DNA of 64,000 bases from Eubacteriales bacterium (GTDB taxonomy: Bacteria; Bacillota; Clostridia; Oscillospirales; CAG-272): positions 6,443-70,442 of the forward strand of contig JAZOCO010000045.1 of NCBI GenBank assembly GCA_045596505.1. The letters are read 5' to 3'. Positions 55,890-64,000 of the stretch are shown piece by piece (the stretch's first letter is position 1; each line of letters starts with the position of its first letter). Below the pieces are notes generated by a model. It did no database searches. It was given only the letters and a program-made list of their open reading frames with translations, and was not told the origin of the DNA. The position numbers and the translations under genes were made by a program.

Positions 55890-56648
55890 TCAGCCGTTTT
55901 TGAGGTCGTGCAGCGTGATCTTCTTGTATGCGGTGGGGGTGTAGCCCGTGCGCTTTTTGAAAACGCGGGCAAAATAATTGCTGTCCTCAAACCCCGTCAT
56001 CTGTGCGACCTCGGAAAGGGAAAGTGATCCTTCGATCAGCAGCTTTTTTGCTTCGGCGACGCGCTCACCAAGCAAATAGTCGATAATGGAGGTGCCCATA
56101 TCGCGCTTGAATACCGTGTCGCAGTAAACAGGGGAAAAAAAGGTGATCCTTCCGATCTCCGCAAGCGTGATCTTGCGGGAGAGATTGGTGCTTAAGTACT
56201 TGATGATCTTTGCCGTAAGGGGGCTGATGCGCGCTTCTTGCAGGTCGTTTTCAAAGGACAGGAGAATCGCGCGCAAAAGATGCGCAGTTGCTTCCTCGTG
56301 CCCGAGTGGGTAGCGCTTGACGATCTCGTCGCACGCAGCGATCATCAGCTTTGTTTCGTTTTGCACCGCACCCCGTATCACCTCGGGCAAGGACGGCGGA
56401 GTGGTGGTGTGGAAGTTAAAGCTGATATAATCCACCTTTTCGGTGCTGGCGGCACGCGCGCGGAGTGATCCCTTCTTGATCAGCACCGCATCGCCTGCTG
56501 AAAGTGTCTGGGGGTTGCCGTTGATGATATAGTCAAGTCTGCCCTCCAGCACTACGGTAAGATCGTAAAAATATATGGCCGCTTCCGTGATCTGGGGCGC
56601 GATGCCGCGGCGGTTGTGATTGATATAGAATAAGGATAATCGGCTCAT
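55890..56648 (-). CDS. AraC-family transcriptional regulator
   Basis: Cupin N-terminus and C-terminal 'TGFEDSNYFARVFKKRTGYTP'. Divergent from the sugar operon. Confidence 0.85.
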   Translation of the reverse strand: MSRLSLFYINHNRRGIAPQITEAAIYFYDLTVVLEGRLDYIINGNPQTLSAGDAVLIKKGSLRARAASTEKVDYISFNFHTTTPPSLPEVIRGAVQNETKLMIAACDEIVKRYPLGHEEATAHLLRAILLSFENDLQEARISPLTAKIIKYLSTNLSRKITLAEIGRITFFSPVYCDTVFKRDMGTSIIDYLLGERVAEAKKLLIEGSLSLSEVAQMTGFEDSNYFARVFKKRTGYTPTAYKKITLHDLKNG

Positions 56649-56708
56649 ATTAAAATCGTCCTGTTTTTGTGTTCAAAAATAAAGATTTTACATTGTAATA
56701 ATATAAAA

Positions 56709-56733
56709 TTGTGCTAAAATGAGAATAGCACAA
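56709..56733. promoter_or_regulatory. inverted repeat, candidate operator of the sugar operon
   Basis: TTGTGCTA (56709-16), 9 nt, then TAGCACAA (56726-33), ~30 nt upstream of the first operon gene. Confidence 0.35.
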
Positions 56734-56761
56734 AATTTATTTCTTGTCAAGGGGGTATTCT

Positions 56762-57634
56762 ATGATCAGGCTATGCGCGTTTGCCGACGAGGCAGACGAA
56801 ATGCTGGTGCGCCAGATCGAGGCACTGAAGCGCAACGGGATCTCGCTGATCGAGCTTCGCAGCGTTGACGGAAAAAACGTTTCCGAGCTAACGGATGAGG
56901 AGGCAATGGCAGTTAAGGATATGCTGTGTGAAAACGGCATTTCGGTTTGGTCTGTCGGCTCGCCACTCGGTAAGGTCAATATTAGCGAAGCACAGGTGCA
57001 CATGCAAAAGGTGCGCCGCGTTTGTGAGCTTGCGAAAATTTTAAACGCGGAAAAGATCCGTATGTTCAGCTTCTTTGAGGCGTACGAGAAAAGTGACGAG
57101 GTTAAGAAATATTTGGCGCAGATGTGCGCCATTGCAGCAGAGTATGGCGTTTCGCTTTGCCACGAAAACGAAAAAGAGGTCTATGGCGACACTCTCACGC
57201 GTGTCCTTGAGCTGGTAGATGCTAAGATCGAGGGGCTTGGGTTCGTGTTTGACCCTGCCAACTACGTTCAGTGCGGCATCGACGTGGGGGAAGCGCTTGA
57301 CCGTTTATTTGACAAGACCGCATATTTTCATATTAAGGACGTGATCGCAGAAACCGGTGAGCTCGTTCCCGCAGGTGTGGGAGATGGCAGGATCGACCAA
57401 ATGATCGCGCGCATCAGGGAGTCGGGACGCGACACCGTTTTGACGCTTGAGCCGCATTTGAGGCTTTTTGCCGGCTACGGCGCGATCGACAACACCGTAC
57501 TGCAAACCAAATATCAATTTGCCACCAACGACGAGAGCTTTGATGCGGCGACCACGGCGCTGAGGGGGCTTCTGGTTGCGGGCGGCTACGAAGAAAAAGA
57601 AAATGAAAAAGGAGAAAAAGTATGGCAGGCATGA
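56762..57634 (+). CDS. sugar phosphate isomerase/epimerase (xylose isomerase-like TIM barrel)
   Basis: 290 aa. 'CHENEKE' and 'FDPANY' family-type metal-site motifs. Start at ATG 56762 after AAGGGGG. Confidence 0.75.
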   Translation: MIRLCAFADEADEMLVRQIEALKRNGISLIELRSVDGKNVSELTDEEAMAVKDMLCENGISVWSVGSPLGKVNISEAQVHMQKVRRVCELAKILNAEKIRMFSFFEAYEKSDEVKKYLAQMCAIAAEYGVSLCHENEKEVYGDTLTRVLELVDAKIEGLGFVFDPANYVQCGIDVGEALDRLFDKTAYFHIKDVIAETGELVPAGVGDGRIDQMIARIRESGRDTVLTLEPHLRLFAGYGAIDNTVLQTKYQFATNDESFDAATTALRGLLVAGGYEEKENEKGEKVWQA

Positions 57635-58389
57635 AATTCGGTCTAAACCTCTATTCCTTGCGTAATCAGATTTCCACCAAAGAGGATTTCCTCAAAACGG
57701 CAAGCAAGCTTAAGGAGCTTGGATATGACTTTTTGCAGTATTCGGGCGGCCCTTGGGAGCCGGAATGGATCCGTGAGGTCAGCGAGCAGGTGGGGCTTCC
57801 CGTGGTCCTCACCCATGTCAAGCTCCCTCAGATGCTGGAGGATCCCGTGAAGCTCACCGCTGAGCACAGACACTTTGGCTGCAACAACGTGGGTCTTGGC
57901 GGCTTCAATTCAAGATCCATACCCGAGGAGGAGATCCTGCAGGGTATTCGCGATATTCACCGTGCCGCAAAGGAGCTGACCGCCGCGGGTGCGAAGTTCT
58001 TTTATCACAATCACCACTTTGATTTCCAAAAGCTTTCCGATGGCAGAACCATTTTTGAGGCGATCATTGAGTGTCCCGACGTACACGTGATCCTTGATAC
58101 GTTTTGGCTGCAGGCAGGTGGCGTGGCGATCCTTGAATATATCGATAAGCTGAAGGGCCGTATCGAGTGCGTGCATCTTAAGGATTATCTCCCCACCTTT
58201 GAGGGAAAGGCGTTCACGCCCCAGTTTATGCCTGTAGGCGATGGGCACATCAACTGGCATGCCGTGATCCCCGCGGCAATTAACGCAGGTGCAAAATATT
58301 TCTTCGTTGAGCAGGATAACGCAACCAAGTGCGACGACCCGTTCCTGGAGGTCGGACGCAGCATCAAATACTTAAAGGAGAATTTCTGA
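57622..58389 (+). CDS. sugar phosphate isomerase/epimerase (xylose isomerase-like TIM barrel)
   Basis: 255 aa. 'YHNHHFDF', 'LDTFW', 'VHLKD' and 'FFVEQD'. Confidence 0.75.
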   Translation: MAGMKFGLNLYSLRNQISTKEDFLKTASKLKELGYDFLQYSGGPWEPEWIREVSEQVGLPVVLTHVKLPQMLEDPVKLTAEHRHFGCNNVGLGGFNSRSIPEEEILQGIRDIHRAAKELTAAGAKFFYHNHHFDFQKLSDGRTIFEAIIECPDVHVILDTFWLQAGGVAILEYIDKLKGRIECVHLKDYLPTFEGKAFTPQFMPVGDGHINWHAVIPAAINAGAKYFFVEQDNATKCDDPFLEVGRSIKYLKENF

Positions 58390-58390
58390 G

Positions 58391-59524
58391 ATGAAAAAGG
58401 TAAGATTTGGCATGGTAGGCGTTGGCACGCAGGGCAGAAAATATGTTAAAGATATCTTCAACGCGGGTAAGATAGAGAATGGTGAGCTGGTTGCCATCTG
58501 CGACACGGACCAGAAGGCGATCGAGATCACCACAGGCGAGCTTGGCTTTACGGGCGCTGTCTTTACCGACTATAAGGAAATGATCGACAGTGGCGTCATC
58601 GATGCCGTGATGATCGAGGTGCCCCACTACAGCCACCCCGAAATGAGCATCTATGCGCTGGAGCACGGCGTGCACGTGCTTTGTGAGAAGCCTGCGGGCG
58701 TTTACACCAAGCAGGTAAAGGAGATGAACGAGGTCGCGAGGAAGTCGGATAAGCTCTTTGGTCTTATGTTCAACCAGCGCACCAAGGCGATTTACCGCAA
58801 GATGCGTGAAATGATCCTCGCGGGCGAGATCGGTGAGATCAAGCGTATCAACTGGATCATTACCGACTGGTTCCGTTCCGAATACTACTACAACGCTTGT
58901 GACTGGCGCGCTACCTGGGCAGGCGAGGGCGGCGGCACGCTCCTGAATCAGTGCCCCCACCAGCTTGACCTGATCCAGTGGATCGTTGATATGTCCCCGA
59001 AGAAGGTACACGCCTTCTGTAGCTTCGGCAAATGGCACGACATTGAGGTCGAGGACGAGGTCGTGGCATATATGGAATACGAAAACGGCGCAACCGGCGT
59101 GTTTGTAACCACCACCTCTGAGGCAGGCGGAACCAACCGTCTTGAGGTCGTTGGTAACAACGGTAAGCTGGTAGCAGAGGGCAAGAGCCTTACGCTTACC
59201 AAGCTGGCAATGGGCTCTCGCGAGTTTTCAAAGACCACCGATAAGCAGTTTGGCGAGCCTGAAAAGACTATCACCGAGGTGGAGGTCACCGGTGGCTATC
59301 CCGCACACGCAGGCATTATCAACAACTTTGCAAACGCTGTGCTTGGCATTGAGCCCTTGTACGTTGACGGCACTGAGGGCATCAAGGGCGTTGAGCTGAT
59401 GGACGCAATGCTCCTGTCTACCTTCCTTGACCGCGCCGTGGAGCTTCCTATTGATGATGATCTTTATTATAGCGAGCTGCAAAAGCGCATTGCAACCAGC
59501 AGACCTAAGGGTGCGAAAAAATGA
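58391..59524 (+). CDS. Gfo/Idh/MocA family oxidoreductase
   Basis: 'RFGMVGVGTQGRKY' and 'VLCEKPAG'. 377 aa. Confidence 0.85.
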   Translation: MKKVRFGMVGVGTQGRKYVKDIFNAGKIENGELVAICDTDQKAIEITTGELGFTGAVFTDYKEMIDSGVIDAVMIEVPHYSHPEMSIYALEHGVHVLCEKPAGVYTKQVKEMNEVARKSDKLFGLMFNQRTKAIYRKMREMILAGEIGEIKRINWIITDWFRSEYYYNACDWRATWAGEGGGTLLNQCPHQLDLIQWIVDMSPKKVHAFCSFGKWHDIEVEDEVVAYMEYENGATGVFVTTTSEAGGTNRLEVVGNNGKLVAEGKSLTLTKLAMGSREFSKTTDKQFGEPEKTITEVEVTGGYPAHAGIINNFANAVLGIEPLYVDGTEGIKGVELMDAMLLSTFLDRAVELPIDDDLYYSELQKRIATSRPKGAKK

Positions 59525-60507
59525 AAATAGCACTTGTCGGTGCAGGTGTCATTGCGCGCGTGCATATGAAGGCGTTGCTCTCGCTTGGCATGATGCCTGC
59601 GGCGATCTGTGACATTGACCCCCAAATGGCACAGGCGTTTCTTAAGGAATTCTCGGTTGAGCTTCCCGTCTTTACGGATTACGGGCAGCTCTTGGCAGAA
59701 TTCTCGCCTGACGTCGTGCATATCTGCACTCCGCACTATACACACGCGGATATGGTGGTGTCGGCACTTGATAAAAATATCAAAGTGCTTTGCGAAAAGC
59801 CGCTTTGCATTCATGAAGAGGAGATCGACCGCATTTTGGCGGCAGAAAAGCGGTCAAGCGCCATGCTTGGTGTTTGCCATCAAAACCGTTATAATCCCGC
59901 CCATCGTTTCTTCAAGGAATATATCGCTGATAAGACCGTAACGGCGGCACACGGCGAGGTCGTATGGCACCGCGACAGGGAATATTACCTGTCGGGCGCG
60001 TGGCGCGGCAAGTGGGAGACCGAGGGTGGCGGCGTGCTGATCAACCAAGCGCTCCACACGCTCGATCTTTGCCAGTGGTTCTTTGGTGAGCCAAGCGGCG
60101 TCACCGCTACCATAACAACACTTGGTCTTTCCGATGTCATTGAGGTGGAGGATACCGCCGCTTGCACCTTCCACGGTAAAACGCCATTCACCTTTTTCGC
60201 CACTAACCTGTCCGCGCTCAGTTTGCCCATTTGCATCCGTGCGCTGGTAGACGAGGATGACGTGGTGCTGCAGCCGCGCACTGTAACGATAAATGGGGAA
60301 ACCGTTTTCCACGAGGAGCAGACCGTGGTCCTTGGTAAGCCCACGTACGGCAGCGGTCACCTGCGCCTTCTTGCCGATTTTTATCGGTGTGTAAACGAGG
60401 GCGAGCCCTTTCCGATAGACGGTGCAGAGGCAGCAAAGGTCGTGCGGCTGATACTTGCCGTTTACAAAAGTGGTGGAAAGCAGATTCCGCTACATTCCGA
60501 AAAATAA
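59521..60507 (+). CDS. Gfo/Idh/MocA family oxidoreductase
   Basis: 'KIALVGAGVIARVH' and 'VLCEKPLC'. ATGA overlap with the previous gene. Confidence 0.85.
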   Translation: MKIALVGAGVIARVHMKALLSLGMMPAAICDIDPQMAQAFLKEFSVELPVFTDYGQLLAEFSPDVVHICTPHYTHADMVVSALDKNIKVLCEKPLCIHEEEIDRILAAEKRSSAMLGVCHQNRYNPAHRFFKEYIADKTVTAAHGEVVWHRDREYYLSGAWRGKWETEGGGVLINQALHTLDLCQWFFGEPSGVTATITTLGLSDVIEVEDTAACTFHGKTPFTFFATNLSALSLPICIRALVDEDDVVLQPRTVTINGETVFHEEQTVVLGKPTYGSGHLRLLADFYRCVNEGEPFPIDGAEAAKVVRLILAVYKSGGKQIPLHSEK

Positions 60508-60524
60508 AATAAAGGAGCCATCGA

Positions 60525-61562
60525 ATGATGAAAATGACATTTCGCTGGTATGGCGAAACCGATAGCATTCCCCTTAATTATATCAAGCAGATCCAGGGCA
60601 TGACGGGTGTTGTAACCGCTGTTTACGACGTGCCTGTGGGTGAGGTCTGGCCGATAGAAAAGCTCGAGCGTATGCGCGATCTCGTGCATGGCGCGGGGCT
60701 TGAGATGGAAGTGATCGAGAGCGTGCCTGTGCATGAGGATATCAAGCTTGGTAAGCCCACGCGCGACCGTTATATCGAGGCGTACAAGCAAAATATTCTC
60801 AACTGCGGCAAGGTGGGCGTCAAGTGTATTTGCTATAACTTTATGCCTGTGTTTGACTGGCTGCGCACCGATCTTGGCTTCAAGCATCCCGATGGGGCAA
60901 CCTCGCTTGCTTACTGCCACGATACGCTCATGAGCCTTGACCCCAAAAATCTGCATCTGCCGGGCTGGGACGAGAGCTATAGCCCTGAGGAGCTACAAAA
61001 GCTGCTGGGTGAATACGAGGGTATGACCCACGAGCAGCTCTTTGATAATCTGGTGTATTTCCTCAATGCCGTTATGCCCGCTTGCCGTGAGGCTGACGTC
61101 AATCTTGCCATTCATCCCGACGATCCGCCTTGGGATATGTTCGGGCTTCCCCGCATCATCTGCTGTGAGGAGGATTACGACAGGCTCTTTGCCGCTGTGC
61201 CCGATAAGCACAACGGCATCACCTTCTGCACGGGCAGCCTTGGTGCAGGTCGCTTCAATCACCTCACGCACCTGGTGGAGAAATACGTGGACCGTATCTA
61301 TTTTGCACATTTGCGTCAGCTCACGTACACGAATGAGACCGACTTTTACGAGAACGGTCATATGACGCATCTTGGTGACGTGGATATCTATGGGATCGTA
61401 AAGGCGCTTACCAAGGGTGGCTTCGAGGGGTATGTGCGTCCCGACCACGGCAGAAACGTGTGGGGCGAAACAGGAAAGCCCGGCTACGGACTCTTTGACC
61501 GCGCAATGGGTGCTTGCTATCTTGGTGGCTTGTTTGAGGCCGCAGAAAAGGAGAATAAGTAA
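60525..61562 (+). CDS. uxuA: mannonate dehydratase
   Basis: 'MTFRWYGE.D...L..IKQI.G..GVV' N-terminus, 'HPDDPP' and 'CTGSLG' are typical of UxuA. Confidence 0.85.
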   Translation: MMKMTFRWYGETDSIPLNYIKQIQGMTGVVTAVYDVPVGEVWPIEKLERMRDLVHGAGLEMEVIESVPVHEDIKLGKPTRDRYIEAYKQNILNCGKVGVKCICYNFMPVFDWLRTDLGFKHPDGATSLAYCHDTLMSLDPKNLHLPGWDESYSPEELQKLLGEYEGMTHEQLFDNLVYFLNAVMPACREADVNLAIHPDDPPWDMFGLPRIICCEEDYDRLFAAVPDKHNGITFCTGSLGAGRFNHLTHLVEKYVDRIYFAHLRQLTYTNETDFYENGHMTHLGDVDIYGIVKALTKGGFEGYVRPDHGRNVWGETGKPGYGLFDRAMGACYLGGLFEAAEKENK

Positions 61563-62395
61563 TGAAATTACCCTTTAAAGTAGATCTTTCGGATAAGGTA
61601 GCGGTCGTCACGGGTGCGGGCGGCATCCTGATGAGTGAGTTTTCACGCGCACTTGCCGCTTGCGGCGCACGCGTGGCACTGCTTGATATCAATGCCGAGG
61701 CAGTAAACAAGATCGCTGCCGAGATCGGCGAGAACGCACTTGCCGTTCCCACCAATTGCCTTGATAAGGCAAGCATCGTTGCGGCACGTGAGGCAGTGGC
61801 TGCCAAGTTTGGCAAGGTCAATTTTCTCATCAACGGTGCGGGCGGCAACAATCCGCGCGCGACCACCGATAACGAATATATGACCCCCGATCTTTCGTCA
61901 GATTGCAAGGATTTCTTCGACCTTGAGGAAAGCGGCATTAAGTTCGTGTTTGATCTGAATATCACCACCGCGTTCCTCGTCACGCAGGTGTTTGCTGCCG
62001 ATATGGTAGAGGGTGGCGGCAATATCATCAACATTGCTTCTATGAATGCCTTCAGACCCCTCACGAAGATCCCTGCATATAGTGCAGCTAAGGCGGGCAT
62101 CAGCAATTTTACCGAATGGCTTGCCGTGCACTTTGCACCCGTGGGCATTCGTTGCAATGCCATTGCTCCCGGCTTCTTTGTGACCCATCAAAACAGAGGG
62201 CTACTCTTTGATGCAGAGGGCAACCCCACCGCGCGCACGGGCAAGATCCTCGGTGGCACGCCCCAGAAGCGCTTTGGTGAAGTGGACGACCTCATCGGTA
62301 CGCTTCTTTGGCTCTCCTCTGACGAGGCAAGCGGCTTTGTTACGGGTACCGTTATTCCTGTTGACGGCGGCTTCAACGCTTATTCCGGCGTATAA
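61562..62395 (+). CDS. SDR-family oxidoreductase (UxuB/YjmF-like mannonate/fructuronate oxidoreductase type)
   Basis: 'VTGAGGILMS', 'NGAGGN' and 'YSAAKAG'. Located directly after uxuA. Confidence 0.75.
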   Translation: MKLPFKVDLSDKVAVVTGAGGILMSEFSRALAACGARVALLDINAEAVNKIAAEIGENALAVPTNCLDKASIVAAREAVAAKFGKVNFLINGAGGNNPRATTDNEYMTPDLSSDCKDFFDLEESGIKFVFDLNITTAFLVTQVFAADMVEGGGNIINIASMNAFRPLTKIPAYSAAKAGISNFTEWLAVHFAPVGIRCNAIAPGFFVTHQNRGLLFDAEGNPTARTGKILGGTPQKRFGEVDDLIGTLLWLSSDEASGFVTGTVIPVDGGFNAYSGV

Positions 62396-62402
62396 TGATT
62401 GT

Positions 62403-62436
62403 AAAAAATGCACGGCGATATCGCCGTGCATTTTTT
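62403..62436. terminator. bidirectional rho-independent terminator (sugar operon / rsmA)
   Basis: AAAAAATGCACGGCGA / TCGCCGTGCATTTTTT, a perfect palindromic stem flanked by A- and T-runs. Confidence 0.9.
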
Positions 62437-62455
62437 ACATTTATTCCTTTGGAAA

Positions 62456-63322
62456 TTATTTTTCAATTTCTTTGGTAATCAGATCGGCAAGAGTAAGAAA
62501 CTCTGCTGTGGATAGTCGCTCGCCGCGAATGTCGGGGCGGTGTCCCGCCTTTTCCACAAGCGCTGTCAGCGTATCCTTCCCAAGCTCGGGGAAGCCTGCG
62601 GAAAGCGCGTTTGGCAAGGTCTTGCGCCGCTGCTCAAAGGCTGCCCTCACGGTGCGGAAAAATATCTTTTCGTCCAGCGGGCGATAGGGCTTTTCCTCGT
62701 GGAGCTTGATGCGCACCACCGCGGAATTCACCTTTGGCGGGGGCATAAAATGCCCCGCCGATACGGTAAACAGGCGCTCTGCCTCGCCGTAATAGTTAAG
62801 GACGGCAGTGATCGCACCGTAGGCGCTGCTGCCCGCCTTTGCCACTAAGCGGTCTGCCACCTCGGATTGGATCATAATGGTGATATAACGAAAGGGAAGC
62901 GCGCTTTCCAGCAGCTTCATCAAGATCGGCGTGGTGATATAATAGGGGAGATTGGCGCACACCGAAACCGTGCCCTTCTCAAAGTAGGGCGCTAAAAGCG
63001 CGGCAAGGTCTGTTTTCATCACGTCCTCGTTTATCACGGTGACGTTTTGAAAATCATTCAGGGTATAGCCAAGCGCGGGGATGAGGCTTTTGTCGATCTC
63101 AAGAGCTACCACCTCGCGGTGCCTTTCACAAAGTTCGCGCGTCAGCGTCCCGATCCCGGGGCCAATCTCAAGGATCGTGCCATCATAGGTATCGGTGCAA
63201 TTTTCCGCGATATCCTCAACCACCGTTTTGTTTGTGAGAAAGTTCTGCCCAAACTCTTTTCTGAAATGTAGCCCAAAGGCAGACATAATATTTTTTACGG
63301 TTTTTCCGTCACATAAATTCAT
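62456..63322 (-). CDS. rsmA: 16S rRNA (adenine1518/1519-N6)-dimethyltransferase
   Basis: 'FGQNFL', 'ILEIGPGIGTLT' and 'NLPYYITTPI'. Start at ATG 63322 after GGAGGG. Confidence 0.9.
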   Translation of the reverse strand: MNLCDGKTVKNIMSAFGLHFRKEFGQNFLTNKTVVEDIAENCTDTYDGTILEIGPGIGTLTRELCERHREVVALEIDKSLIPALGYTLNDFQNVTVINEDVMKTDLAALLAPYFEKGTVSVCANLPYYITTPILMKLLESALPFRYITIMIQSEVADRLVAKAGSSAYGAITAVLNYYGEAERLFTVSAGHFMPPPKVNSAVVRIKLHEEKPYRPLDEKIFFRTVRAAFEQRRKTLPNALSAGFPELGKDTLTALVEKAGHRPDIRGERLSTAEFLTLADLITKEIEK

Positions 63323-63343
63323 CGCCAAGCCCTCCGTTTCTTT

Positions 63344-63372
63344 ATTATAGCATATCTTAGTAAATAAATCAA
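63344..63372 (-). promoter_or_regulatory. extended -10 sigma-A promoter for rsmA
   Basis: Minus strand reads TTGATT (63372-67), a 17-nt spacer, then TATAAT (63349-44) preceded by TGC. Confidence 0.55.
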
Positions 63373-63454
63373 GGCAGAAGCTTGTATGTCATCCGCAACA
63401 AGCTGCGGTATATCATCAGCTCCAAAGGAGCCGGATATCATCAAGCCGTGGGAA

Positions 63455-63524
63455 AGATGCACGCTAACGCGTGGTGATATACACCTTCGGTGATGAGATG
63501 CACGCTACGCGTGATGATATACCA
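63455..63524. repeat. two ~30-nt direct repeats, each containing a small CACGC/GCGTG hairpin
   Basis: AGATGCACGCTAACGCGTGGTGATATAC (63455-82) and AGATGCACGCTACGCGTGATGATATAC (63496-63522), spaced 41 nt apart. Confidence 0.7.
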
Positions 63525-63541
63525 AGCCTTGGGCTTGGATA

Positions 63542-63576
63542 AAACAAAAAGAGCGCCATTGACGCTCTTTTTGTTT
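63542..63576. terminator. 14-bp hairpin terminator downstream of the integrase gene
   Basis: AAACAAAAAGAGCG (63542-55) / CGCTCTTTTTGTTT (63563-76). Confidence 0.7.
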
Positions 63577-63735
63577 GGTGGAGACAGTTGGGAACAAGCA
63601 ACTGTATCCACAGACCAGCAAAACTCACAAACCGAATATATAAATATCCGCTTTTGTTGTTGAAAACAAATAAAAATCGGTAGCGCTTTATAAGGAAAAT
63701 GAATGGTTTTTAGATTTTTGTGCCTAATGGCGTGC

Positions 63736-64000
63736 CTAAATTTTGCAGGCGTTTTCGAGAACTCCGAGAAGGTAGGTCTGGTCATCGGGCATCATGTGGG
63801 AATAGGTGTTCAGTGTTTGCTGGGTATTGGTGTGCCCGAGGTAGCGGCTGACCGCGACGATCGACACGCCCTTTGAGATGAGAAGGGATGCACAGCTGTG
63901 CCGCAGGTCGTGGATACGGATCATTGGCACGCCTGTTTCGTTAATGGTACGCTTAAAGAGATGATCGATCGACGATGATGGTAACGGTGCGGCGCCGCCG
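63736..64000 (-). CDS. tyrosine recombinase / phage-type integrase, C-terminal ~87 aa (N-terminus beyond window end)
   Basis: 'IRIHDLRHSCASLLISKGVSIVAVSRYLGHTNTQQTLNTYSH' carries the catalytic H-x-x-R ... H ... Y box. The reading frame stays open upstream to position 64000 (…LFKRTINETGVP…). Confidence 0.85.
   Translation of the reverse strand, partial: GGAAPLPSSSIDHLFKRTINETGVPMIRIHDLRHSCASLLISKGVSIVAVSRYLGHTNTQQTLNTYSHMMPDDQTYLLGVLENACKI

Noticed and set aside
63455-63524. Direct repeats considered as a mini CRISPR array.
   Set aside because: There are only two imperfect copies with a ~13-nt spacer. There are no cas genes and no further repeats.
63576-63660. Minus-strand sequence ending in ...CTGTCTCCACCA, resembling a tRNA 3' end next to the integrase (a classic att target).
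   Set aside because: No T-arm/T-loop (GTTCRANYC) is present, and no acceptor-stem partner or cloverleaf can be drawn. The local stem ACAGTTG/CAACTGT has a non-tRNA loop.
63441-63785. 114-aa minus-strand ORF overlapping the integrase 3' end and the intergenic repeats.
   Set aside because: It is out of frame with the integrase, has no RBS, runs through terminator and repeat sequences, and has a low-complexity junk composition.

Overview
This is a 64-kb chromosomal segment from a spore-forming Clostridia-type Firmicute, roughly mid-range GC by eye. The Oscillospiraceae/Ruminococcaceae-like gene content is my inference, not a search result. The window is almost entirely core housekeeping. It includes prfA (partial), murB-whiA-dnaE, a class A PBP, mnmA, trmL, secA, pcrA, clpX-clpP-tig, thrC and yraN-rnhB-ylqF-lepB. 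It also includes purA, comEC, rlmB, a TIGR03960/TIGR03936-type radical SAM pair and rsmA. Sporulation genes are interspersed: spoIIID, pdaA, cwlD and a DUF1540 gene. One accessory-looking block (55.9-62.4 kb) is an AraC-controlled six-gene sugar operon. The right edge (63.7-64.0 kb) enters a tyrosine-integrase gene, so a mobile element probably starts there. I saw no rRNA, tRNA or CRISPR array. I found no obvious multi-gene defence or mobile system. The items most worth a second look are listed below.

- A promoter-driven, ~300-nt, heavily base-paired non-coding RNA candidate lies between cwlD and rlmB.
- A 45-aa Asn/Gln-only microprotein, absent from the ORF track, has a sigma-G-type promoter and its own terminator.
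- A ~990-aa P1B-ATPase look-alike has lost every catalytic motif and carries a ~450-aa disordered N-terminus.
- One protein is a pseudouridine synthase-CYTH fusion.
- A 281-aa protein is cysteine-rich.
- The sugar operon has an oxidoreductase/TIM-barrel composition suggesting non-hydrolytic glycoside chemistry feeding mannonate.

All functional calls rest on motif recognition by eye. No searches were run.
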